This document shows positions 16,851 through 24,044 of a stretch of 24,044 bases of DNA, one piece after another. Position numbers and translations under genes: made by a program. Below the pieces are notes generated by a model. That model saw only the letters and a list, made by a program, of their open reading frames with translations, was not told where the DNA came from and ran no database searches. The stretch lies in the IMG/VR virus record IMGVR_UViG_3300020042_007859, positions 1-24,044 of that record; one strand, 5' to 3'. How positions within the stretch are numbered: position 1 is the stretch's first letter; each line of letters starts with the position of its first letter. Origin of the DNA: a virus (lineage: Duplodnaviria > Caudoviricetes).

Positions 16851-16867
16851 TTTCTAACCCCTTTAAA
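16704..16867. repeat. 16-bp direct repeat TTCTAACCCCTTTAAA (16704-16719 and 16852-16867)
   Basis: Exact copies. On the - strand each contains the RBS and ends 1 nt before a start codon. Confidence 0.85.
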
Positions 16868-17166
16868 GCTGCAACCATGTCTATAAAATCGTCAAGATAT
16901 AAGCAAACGACATCCCGCTCGCGATCCCCGCGAGTGATAAGACAATGAGTACCGTTACCCTGAATTTCTTTGATCTTAGAAATGGACGCATATTTTCTCA
17001 TTCTTTTGCACTGTATTAAGTATTCGCCGACGCCCTCTAGGTCAACGCCGACGCATTTATCAAGTTGGTACTCTAGTTTGCGTTTGGCCCCGGGAAATAC
17101 ATCACGAAACCGCATGGCTATTTCTCTTTCGTAACTATGTCCTTTCGTCCTTGAAAGCTTGCTCAA
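16834..17166 (-). CDS. Holliday junction resolvase-like PD-(D/E)XK endonuclease (Hjc type)
   Basis: SRTKGHSYEREIA, GVDL and LIQCKR motifs; 110 aa. Confidence 0.8.
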   Translation of the reverse strand: MSKLSRTKGHSYEREIAMRFRDVFPGAKRKLEYQLDKCVGVDLEGVGEYLIQCKRMRKYASISKIKEIQGNGTHCLITRGDRERDVVCLYLDDFIDMVAALKGLENVSVP

Positions 17167-17170
17167 AATG

Positions 17171-17452
17171 TTACTCCAAATTCAAGTCAAATTGCTTTAA
17201 TATCGCAAAGAATTCATCTTTAATTGTCGAAACTAAATCGACACCGTGGGAGCCTATAGCCTCGTCTCCGTACTTAACTCTTTGCCTCAAAGATTCAGTA
17301 TAGAATTGCTCCATGGCCATTTTCCATTCGTTGCCTTTACAGTTTGCAAGGTAGCGGTAGTACTCTTCGATATTCTCAAATTCTAAAGTCTGTTTAATTT
17401 TCACGATGACATCCCTCGCTATAGTTAAGTAGGCTGTTGTGTACGTCGGCAC
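17171..17452 (-). CDS. Hypothetical protein, 93 aa (start uncertain)
   Basis: Fills the region and ends 4 nt before the resolvase start. No clear RBS. Confidence 0.6.
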   Translation of the reverse strand: MPTYTTAYLTIARDVIVKIKQTLEFENIEEYYRYLANCKGNEWKMAMEQFYTESLRQRVKYGDEAIGSHGVDLVSTIKDEFFAILKQFDLNLE

Positions 17453-17504
17453 ACAACGCTTTGCAATATTCTAACTCTACTTCGCAAACAAATAATTGGT
17501 CGCT

Positions 17505-17534
17505 TTGACAACCAGCCAACCCGAATAGTATAAT
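17505..17534 (+). promoter_or_regulatory. Consensus sigma70 promoter, antisense to the replication genes
   Basis: TTGACA (17505-17510), 18-nt spacer, TATAAT (17529-17534), located in an intergenic gap. Confidence 0.65.
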
Positions 17535-17554
17535 GACCAACCATTTTCTCATGA

Positions 17555-18766
17555 TCAAACAACCTCTTTAATTATTTTCAACTTATCGACTATTATTTTG
17601 TATATTGCCTCGTCTACGGCGGAAGCGAAAACATAATAATAAAAGCACGTACTTTTTTGCCCTATTCTGTGTATTCTTTTCTCGGCCTGGGCCAAAGTCG
17701 AAGGTACCCAAGGATAGTCGTTAAAGACCATGTAGCTTGCGGCTTGCAAGTTAACCCCAACACTCATGGAACCAATTGTAGCGACGATAAACCTTGCGCC
17801 GACGTGCTCAGAGAAAGACTTAATTTTCGTGGCCCGGTCTTCAATTGGGGTAGCGCCGTTAATAAGACCTCCGGGGTAGCGGTCTCTAAGTCCTCGGTAC
17901 AGGTCTTCACAACTTTGCAAATGGTCTGTGAAAACTACTACCTTTTCGCCTACGTCTAGAATCGATAAAGCTATTTCAACACTCGCCGCAGTCTTTGCTA
18001 AGGCGTTTACTGCCTTTATGGCCGAGTGATTCATTTGCGTAGATTTACCCGAAGAATAAGCCGTAAACGCAGCTTTTAAGCTTTCGTCATGTACGTCCGG
18101 GTTAATGTTAATTCGTTTTCTAACTTGCTCCGGGAGGTCTAATACGTCTTTCGCCTTTTTGCGTAAATACCAAGGCTTAATAATTTGCCTGAGGTTCTCG
18201 GCATTCCTTAAACCCTCCCATTTAAAATGGGTACCGAATGTGGGCAACCTGTTACAAAACTGGGAGCAAAAAGACCAATGGCTAGTCCGGTACGGGGTAA
18301 ACCCCTTGTTCTCCACGCCGCCGTAGCTACATAGTTTAAGCAGGCTCCAAATTTCGGGGACTCCGTTACTTATCGGCGTACCTGAAAGCAGTAGTAAAGC
18401 TTGCGGTCTTTTATCTTTAATGAATTCGTGAGCGGTCGTAGTTCTTTTTGCCCCAGGGTTCTTAAGATAGTGGGCCTCGTCGAAAATAACTAAATCGTAA
18501 CGACTAAGGTTTCTAGCCGACGTTGCAAACTTGGTGTAACTGATAAACTCAATTTCGCAAGGACCCAAAAACTTTTCAGCTTCGGCCTTCCAATTGTGTT
18601 GCAAATAGGCCGGGCAAACGACTAACGTAAACCCGCCTATCTTTTCGTGTAAAGCTAGCCCTACAGCAGTCTTGCCCAAACCCATTGAAAACGCGCAAAT
18701 GGAGTACTTAGTTTCAAAGGCAAAATCTAGAGCCTCTTTCTGGAACGGATAAAGGTCAATTTTCAC
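17555..18766 (-). CDS. SNF2-family (SF2) helicase
   Basis: LYPFQ Q-motif, MGLGKT, VVCPA, DEAH, LSGTP, GVNLQAA and QAEKRIHRIGQ. Confidence 0.93.
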   Translation of the reverse strand: MKIDLYPFQKEALDFAFETKYSICAFSMGLGKTAVGLALHEKIGGFTLVVCPAYLQHNWKAEAEKFLGPCEIEFISYTKFATSARNLSRYDLVIFDEAHYLKNPGAKRTTTAHEFIKDKRPQALLLLSGTPISNGVPEIWSLLKLCSYGGVENKGFTPYRTSHWSFCSQFCNRLPTFGTHFKWEGLRNAENLRQIIKPWYLRKKAKDVLDLPEQVRKRININPDVHDESLKAAFTAYSSGKSTQMNHSAIKAVNALAKTAASVEIALSILDVGEKVVVFTDHLQSCEDLYRGLRDRYPGGLINGATPIEDRATKIKSFSEHVGARFIVATIGSMSVGVNLQAASYMVFNDYPWVPSTLAQAEKRIHRIGQKSTCFYYYVFASAVDEAIYKIIVDKLKIIKEVV

Positions 18767-18936
18767 CTATCTGAAACTTTAACTTCGTATTTGTCTGCCA
18801 GGTCTTCTAGCGCGTCGGCTATCTTTAAAAACGCTGTATATAGTGGTTCACTAGATCTAGGTACTGGGTAGTCTAGTCGCCTTAAGGCGTCGAATAGCCT
18901 AATCTCTAAAGCTTTATAAAGTTCACTCGACGCCAT
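18763..18936 (-). CDS. Small helical protein, 57 aa (MASSELYKALEIRLFDALRRLDYPVPRSSEPLYTAFLKIADALEDLADKYEVKVSDR); not in the ORF track; paralog of 16647..16850
   Basis: GAGGTG RBS, ATG 2 nt after the nuclease stop, GTGA overlap with the SNF2 start, and the paralogy itself. Confidence 0.85.
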   Translation of the reverse strand: MASSELYKALEIRLFDALRRLDYPVPRSSEPLYTAFLKIADALEDLADKYEVKVSDR

Positions 18937-18938
18937 TG

Positions 18939-19793
18939 TTACACCTCGAATACTTCAATTTGGGATTTAGCAGAATCTACACTTTCGCTGTAGGTTTGAC
19001 CGTGACATTTTGACCAAAACTGACACGGCGAAAAGTAATTCATACAGTAACCGTAGTTTCGCCTCGGGTTTGTTTCGCCTTTAATAATAGCATCGGCGCG
19101 AGTCTTGGTTAAATCATGCCTGTCGCGAGTACCACACGTATCTAACCGAGCAACCGGGACTATCATCCGATAAACTTTAATTGCTTTTCTCGTCCGGTCG
19201 ACAAAGGCCGAAATGGTTTCATTTTCTCTTTTTTTACTCGTCGTCTTTGTAATGATTCTATATCCCGCGCCGCCGAACTTTGCTGCCTTTAGGCCGTAGT
19301 GTTTAGCTACGTCACTAAAGAAACTCGCATACAGGTTTAGCTGCGGGTCTTTAGGTAGTCCAACAACCGAATTAATTGAGAATGATTTAAAACATTTTAA
19401 GTCTTCGATGTACCAAACGCCGTCCTCGTCCATACTTATTAAGTCGAGAAAGCCCGACACGTTTGGGCTTTCAATAGCGTACTCGACACCAACAACCTTA
19501 AGCTTGCTTTGAGCTTGGTAGCGCCAATAGACGTCACTCATTACAGCAACGAGGCCGAAGTGTTCCGCCGATAAGCCGATGTCCTTAGAGGCTTCACACT
19601 CTTTAAGTAACTCAGCCAGGTCGGCGGGCTCGTGCTTTGATCTCTCTTGAACGTGATGAAACGCTTTACCAACTGAGAGGCCGTCGGAGTCGGAATAATC
19701 AGAGTCGGGGGCTATGCCCTCGACTTTTCTTAACCACCAACGATATTCACAACCCCTAAACTCTTGGGCCGAGCTATGACTTAGTTGACTCAT
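18939..19793 (-). CDS. Cas4/AddB-like PD-(D/E)XK exonuclease with a probable 4Fe-4S staple
   Basis: LSHSS...C, GKAFH, VE, GFLDLI, EDLK, QLNLYA and C-terminal C-x6-C-x5-C. Confidence 0.85.
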   Translation of the reverse strand: MSQLSHSSAQEFRGCEYRWWLRKVEGIAPDSDYSDSDGLSVGKAFHHVQERSKHEPADLAELLKECEASKDIGLSAEHFGLVAVMSDVYWRYQAQSKLKVVGVEYAIESPNVSGFLDLISMDEDGVWYIEDLKCFKSFSINSVVGLPKDPQLNLYASFFSDVAKHYGLKAAKFGGAGYRIITKTTSKKRENETISAFVDRTRKAIKVYRMIVPVARLDTCGTRDRHDLTKTRADAIIKGETNPRRNYGYCMNYFSPCQFWSKCHGQTYSESVDSAKSQIEVFEV

Positions 19794-20290
19794 TCTAGGG
19801 AGTCCAAACCCTTAAGGGCCTCTTTAACGCCTACTTTTTTAACCGGCTTAGCCGCCTCAGCGGGCCTCTTTCGAACCTCTGGTTTTTTTGATTGAACTGC
19901 ACTAGATACAGGCCGAGGTATTTCTGTTTTTGCGACTTTCTCGACAACCGGAGCAATTTCTTCAGCCGGTGCAGGCTCACTTGGAGTTTCATCATCAGGG
20001 TCAAGAACCCACATTTTAAAACCGTGATATTCCCGCCCGGTTTTTTTGCCTTCAAGCAGGCCTTCATATTGTAGTTCAATGTAGTCCCCTACGATTAGAT
20101 TTTGACACATTGAGTTTATCGCGGTTGCTCCGATAAACCATGTTTCTTTGTCAAAAAAGAATTTTTGAAACGTACCGTTTTGGTTAGTGTCCGAACCCAT
20201 GTATTGAGCCCTATCAAAGATAGTCTCGCCTGCCACATAGTTCGCACAACTAATCCAATTTCCGCCGCCGCCGATTTCTCGTCTACCCAT
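19790..20290 (-). CDS. Putative single-stranded DNA-binding protein (OB-like) with a flexible tail
   Basis: GDYIELQYEG...TGREYHGFKM strand pattern and an acidic/Pro-rich linker. Lies between the polymerase and the exonuclease. Confidence 0.45.
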   Translation of the reverse strand: MGRREIGGGGNWISCANYVAGETIFDRAQYMGSDTNQNGTFQKFFFDKETWFIGATAINSMCQNLIVGDYIELQYEGLLEGKKTGREYHGFKMWVLDPDDETPSEPAPAEEIAPVVEKVAKTEIPRPVSSAVQSKKPEVRKRPAEAAKPVKKVGVKEALKGLDSLE

Positions 20291-20295
20291 GCCTC

Positions 20296-22290
20296 TTAAC
20301 TCCTAATGAAATATTTAGAAAACCTATCGTACTCGTCTACACCTCGACCCTCGAGATACTTAGACATGAGAACCACTGAATTGCCGCTCGGGGTTAAAAC
20401 TTCGCCATGCTTAAACGCTGGGGAGAAAGCATAGGTGTCAATTTTAATTTCTTTAGCTTCCGGGCGGTTACTGAAAGTGTCGATGAATGCACGTCGCATG
20501 ACATCGATGAATCTATCTATAGCAGAAAAGTCCCTCTCGTCAAACTCAATATAGAGGGCATCGTGTAGCGGCATTATGGGTTTAAGTCCGGCGTCGTGTG
20601 CGTAGCGAATTGCTCGCCTTAAGATAGCTCCGCCTTCACCTTGCACCGGACAATTGGCAACCGAGCGCATATTGAAGTTATCGCCAAATAGCGTCCAACC
20701 ATCTGAAAGCCTAAGCTTTTTATTTTTGCGGTACTGGGTTATTTGAAGCCTTCGCCAACGGTCAAACCTCTTATAGATTTTGGCGAATAAATCTACCAGC
20801 GTTTCGGCCTCTTCGACACTATGCTCTATCCCGGTATCCAGAGTTAATTTGGCGGCTAGTGATTCAGGTCCCATAAGATATTGAATACCGAGTACCGTAG
20901 ACTTAAACTTAGTTCTAATGGCTTTAACCTTAGGGTCTTTTTGGTCTGCCGTTCTCTTTACTGCTTTAGCCTTTACGGCGAAGTCAAAATAGACGTCGCC
21001 CGATCTATACGAGTCGATCATGTTTCTATCGTCTGACAGTAGCCCCGCGATTAAGAACTCTTGGGACTTGTAATCAATCCCACATATAGCCTTTCCCTTG
21101 GGCGGCTCAATAAAGCAACGCATCCAACTAGGCTTTAGCGGTAGGTAGCCCGCAGCTTTCGGTTGAAACCTAGAGCTTTGAGAACCATAAGGATTAAGAT
21201 AAGCCCTAACGCGCCTATCACGACCCACGAAACTGAAAAAATTTGTCTTATCATTAGCATTAGCCCCCTTAGGAATAAAACCATTCAAAGCTTGTTTCAG
21301 TCGTAGATACCTATAAATCTGAGCGGCAAAATCCCCCTCGGGGTACGGCGAGCGGAAGCTGTAAAGCAGAGACCAAGCGTCTTGGAAGCTGAGTGAAAAC
21401 CCGCCCGTTGCCGTCTTGGGCCATACTCTAGCCTTGCCCGATTTCTTCGAAATCCAGTCTTTTATAGGTTGTTGCCTCATGGCATAGCGAACGTTTTTCT
21501 TATCCCATTCGAACACTTTCATTTTCGGAAATTGCTCGTTTATATGTTCTTGAACGTCTTTGAGAATATCAGGTACAGCCTGCGAAAAGTTTCTAACGTG
21601 CCCGTAGTTAATTGGATAGCCACGCATCGACATAACGGCGGCGTGAGCTACCGAGCTACCCCGCTCTAGCATCTCGGCTTGGTTAAACACTCCGGCCTTT
21701 GTAAACTCGGCAATAACGCGGGCTAGCATCGCCGGCATATATTCGACGTCACTAAGGTTATACTCTAGAATCTCGTCTTTGTTGGCTTCAATCTCTTCGG
21801 GGTTATTTCTAATGATTAGGTTTCTAACCCTAGTCTTTCTTTCCGTGTCAACTACCACGTCAAGTAACTTATACGCCGCCGAAGCAAGGGAGCTAGACGG
21901 CCTATCGAACCGGGCGAGCTTGTTCATATTCTTTTTTCTCGGGTTTAGGGTCGTAACAACCTTCCCGTCGATTAATTGCTTGCCGTGGGAAAACTCGTCA
22001 TTATGGTTGGTTAGCATTCGGTATTCGGCTTGGAGGTCAATCCACTGGTAGTCGAGCGGGTTAACCCCCCACGAAAGTAAAGCGCTCGCCTCAGCGATTA
22101 CATTAAAGGCAACAAGTACGGCGGTCTTTGGGTCGGGCGGCTCAACACCACCCGAGCATTGATGTAACCATCTCGTTTGGTCTTTATACTGCCCAGTCTT
22201 TGAATCTACCAAACGCTGGGCATAGCTCACCAAGTTCAACTTCGGCTCAGCCGTAGAATTATATTCAAAGTCGATAAATCTAAGTTTCAA
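20296..22290 (-). CDS. polA: Phage family A DNA polymerase with 3'-5' exonuclease and no 5'-3' exonuclease domain
   Basis: ExoI IDFE, ExoIII YNLSD, motif A IDYKSQE, motif B RTKFKSTVLGIQY, NCPVQG and motif C LHDA. Confidence 0.9.
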   Translation of the reverse strand: MKLRFIDFEYNSTAEPKLNLVSYAQRLVDSKTGQYKDQTRWLHQCSGGVEPPDPKTAVLVAFNVIAEASALLSWGVNPLDYQWIDLQAEYRMLTNHNDEFSHGKQLIDGKVVTTLNPRKKNMNKLARFDRPSSSLASAAYKLLDVVVDTERKTRVRNLIIRNNPEEIEANKDEILEYNLSDVEYMPAMLARVIAEFTKAGVFNQAEMLERGSSVAHAAVMSMRGYPINYGHVRNFSQAVPDILKDVQEHINEQFPKMKVFEWDKKNVRYAMRQQPIKDWISKKSGKARVWPKTATGGFSLSFQDAWSLLYSFRSPYPEGDFAAQIYRYLRLKQALNGFIPKGANANDKTNFFSFVGRDRRVRAYLNPYGSQSSRFQPKAAGYLPLKPSWMRCFIEPPKGKAICGIDYKSQEFLIAGLLSDDRNMIDSYRSGDVYFDFAVKAKAVKRTADQKDPKVKAIRTKFKSTVLGIQYLMGPESLAAKLTLDTGIEHSVEEAETLVDLFAKIYKRFDRWRRLQITQYRKNKKLRLSDGWTLFGDNFNMRSVANCPVQGEGGAILRRAIRYAHDAGLKPIMPLHDALYIEFDERDFSAIDRFIDVMRRAFIDTFSNRPEAKEIKIDTYAFSPAFKHGEVLTPSGNSVVLMSKYLEGRGVDEYDRFSKYFIRS

Positions 22291-22355
22291 TCTTTAGATC
22301 CCATAACATAAAGAACGACGAACACTAGGGCGACTACCACGACTAAGGCGATCAA
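22287..22355 (-). CDS. 22-codon hydrophobic ORF (LIALVVVVALVFVVLYVMGSKD), in frame with the upstream helicase; not in the ORF track
   Basis: Single TM-like run. Its TGA overlaps the polymerase TTG start (TTGA), and it fills the intergenic gap. No RBS. Confidence 0.5.
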   Translation of the reverse strand: MIALVVVVALVFVVLYVMGSKD

Positions 22356-22358
22356 AGG

Positions 22359-23909
22359 TTAGCCGAAGTTGGTGTTAGTTGCCTTCACCGCCCGCAAGTA
22401 ATTGTAATAGTCTTCGGTCAATTTGACTTGCAACGGCCCGTCTGAATACACCAAGTTTAAGACTAGTTTCCCGTTAACCTTGTAATGCTCAAAGAATGAA
22501 ATAATACGAGACTCGGAGGTTTTTTCACCTTGCCCGCGTTGCTTGTTGTAGGTGAGTATTTCGTCGACCGTCCACAACTTGCCCGGAAATATCTCGCTTA
22601 TTGGTTGGTCGTCAATCTCTATTTTAAGGAAGTCCATGATACCCTGTCGGGCCGCTCGCAAGGTCATTATTTCATAGGTCTTTGTATGCAACGGTTGGTC
22701 GTTCGAGTAGCGTTTAAGGTTAGAACTGCTAATGAGCTGAAAGTATAGTTTCGCCAAAGAGTTTGGGTTTCTAATCTCTTCGTTAAGCTTTGCCCGAAAC
22801 TCTTCGTTAAAGACTTCAGTCATTTTAGCCTTAGGTAAATCTAGTACAGACATCTTTCGACCCGTGGCCGGAGGGATCATTATTTCGTTTGGGCAATTAT
22901 TACAAATTAAAATTGATAGGGTATTTTCAACGGTTCTTCTTTTTTTGAACTTGCCTTCCCTACTTTGGTCGTCTTCAACTAACTCTTTAAGGAAGTCCAT
23001 TTGGTCGTCGGTACTCAACTTATATTCGTCAAAAAATAAGATACGGGCGACGTTATACTCGTCGTTAAACCTAGACGACTTAGCGTGCAAGCGGCCTTTA
23101 CAAAAATAGCCGTGGTCATTGTCTTCGCCGCCGTTAATAAGCCCCTTCAAAAGGGTAGCAAATGTCGTCTTGCCGGTACCCTCCCGGCCCGAGAGAATCA
23201 GTACAGTTTTCGCCCTAGTATTTAGCGCGTGGCCTACCCACGTATAGACGTACTTCCTTTGCTCTTCGTCGGCGAGAAACCACTTAAGCCACGCTATAAT
23301 ATGTTCAATGCTAGCGTCTTTAACCTCGTCCGGCGGATTTTTGTAGATCTCCGGCCTACGGTAGATATTAACTTCCTTGGCGACGTTAGGCTTTTCACTA
23401 TCTCGGTAGATGTAGTCTTTCGTCGGCTCAAACTTAAAGTCGATTGTCGGCGCATACCTTAAAGCTTGCCGGTTAAAATACTTCGCACCAACCCTAGCCT
23501 TGTACGCCGTTAGGGGCATCCTTGTTGCCGTATAGTCGGGGTTTAGTAGAACAACGCCGTCCTTTTCTTTATGCTCCGGCGTGTCATAAATACAATCCTT
23601 AACGGGCACTGTAACTAGAAAAGTGTTAGCCGTTTTCTTGCAAAGCGGCTCCGCCGATTCTTCGCCCTCAGCAGCCGCTACAAACCTCTTTACCTCGTCA
23701 ATAAACTGCATTCTCTGACTCTCCCAAGTGTAAATAACATCGCCAAAAGATTTAAGCCCGTCCGGACCAAGAGCCTCAAAAAGAAAACCAATTACGGTTT
23801 GTCTGGCAGTTAAAGCCTTGCCCTCAAGTATTATGTTTGGATGGGTTTTCCATCGTAGGTTGTGTTTATCGGTGTAGGAAAACAGCGGCGTTAGGTCTAT
23901 ACGGCTCAA
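22359..23909 (-). CDS. SF3 / NrS-1-type (DUF5906-like) replicative helicase; no primase domain recognised
   Basis: Walker A GREGTGKT, SRFN, Walker B LFFDE, REGKF, motif C LICNN, and a winged-helix-sized C-terminus. Confidence 0.8.
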   Translation of the reverse strand: MSRIDLTPLFSYTDKHNLRWKTHPNIILEGKALTARQTVIGFLFEALGPDGLKSFGDVIYTWESQRMQFIDEVKRFVAAAEGEESAEPLCKKTANTFLVTVPVKDCIYDTPEHKEKDGVVLLNPDYTATRMPLTAYKARVGAKYFNRQALRYAPTIDFKFEPTKDYIYRDSEKPNVAKEVNIYRRPEIYKNPPDEVKDASIEHIIAWLKWFLADEEQRKYVYTWVGHALNTRAKTVLILSGREGTGKTTFATLLKGLINGGEDNDHGYFCKGRLHAKSSRFNDEYNVARILFFDEYKLSTDDQMDFLKELVEDDQSREGKFKKRRTVENTLSILICNNCPNEIMIPPATGRKMSVLDLPKAKMTEVFNEEFRAKLNEEIRNPNSLAKLYFQLISSSNLKRYSNDQPLHTKTYEIMTLRAARQGIMDFLKIEIDDQPISEIFPGKLWTVDEILTYNKQRGQGEKTSESRIISFFEHYKVNGKLVLNLVYSDGPLQVKLTEDYYNYLRAVKATNTNFG

Positions 23910-23962
23910 TTTCAGCTCCGGTCCAAAATTTAAAACAACAACTTGAGGTCAAAGGTGTATTG

Positions 23963-23991
23963 ACGCTAACAAACCGCTTTGAAATTGTAAA
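23963..23991 (-). promoter_or_regulatory. sigma70-type promoter of the replication operon
   Basis: On the - strand: TTTACA (23991-23986), 17-nt spacer ending TGT (extended -10), TAGCGT (23968-23963). Lies just downstream of a terminator. Confidence 0.55.
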
Positions 23992-23995
23992 CCCG

Positions 23996-24027
23996 AAAAA
24001 CGAAAAGAGAGCCGAAGCCCTCTTTTC
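23996..24027 (-). terminator. Intrinsic terminator with a cUUCGg tetraloop (possibly bidirectional)
   Basis: On the - strand: GAAAAGAGGGC-TTCG-GCTCTCTTTTC followed by GTTTTT. Confidence 0.8.
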
Positions 24028-24044
24028 TACCTTTGACGCTTAGT

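Noticed and set aside
17657-18326. + strand ORFs downstream of the antisense promoter
   Set aside because: Antisense to conserved SNF2 motifs, with no RBS and non-protein-like composition.
18939-19793. CRISPR-Cas system suggested by the Cas4-like nuclease
   Set aside because: No repeat-spacer array or other cas genes; stand-alone Cas4-like nucleases are common in phage replication modules.
23948-24040. GTCAAAGGT/ACCTTTGAC inverted repeat and TTGACGCT direct repeat as an origin or operator
   Set aside because: Only 8-9 bp and at the window edge; insufficient evidence.
23837-24043. 68-aa + ORF at the window end
   Set aside because: Runs through the promoter and terminator and overlaps the helicase start antisense.
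1-24044. Stop-codon reassignment, inteins, introns, tRNAs
   Set aside because: Genes are intact and densely packed in code 11, TerL, polymerase and helicases are normal length, and no cloverleaf was seen in the few gaps.

Overview
Part of a dsDNA tailed-phage (or prophage) genome in genetic code 11, probably podovirus-like. It has two convergent arms that meet near 16.15-16.2 kb. The + arm (1-16197) encodes a 5'-truncated hypothetical protein, a putative head-tail adaptor, a nozzle/tail tubular protein B, four probable DNA-ejection proteins (one ending in a Peptidase_S74-type chaperone domain), small ORFs, the terminase large subunit, portal, scaffold and a lysis cassette with an M15 peptidase. 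No major capsid gene follows the scaffold. The - arm (23909 to 16142) encodes an SF3/NrS-1-type helicase, a family A DNA polymerase (Leu762 type), an SSB-like protein, a Cas4/AddB-like Fe-S nuclease, an SNF2 helicase, a Holliday junction resolvase and small ORFs. Manual reading found four short ORFs missing from the supplied track. Most notable observations: (1) two paralogous small proteins, each directly downstream of a PD-(D/E)XK nuclease; (2) CsrA/RsmA-consensus hairpins over the ribosome-binding sites of the nozzle gene and the first lysis gene; (3) a perfect sigma70 promoter firing antisense into the replication arm, with an Sm/Hfq-like ORF nearby; (4) a hydrophobic 22-codon ORF in frame behind the helicase stop codon. 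All product calls rest on motif recognition and synteny; no searches were run.
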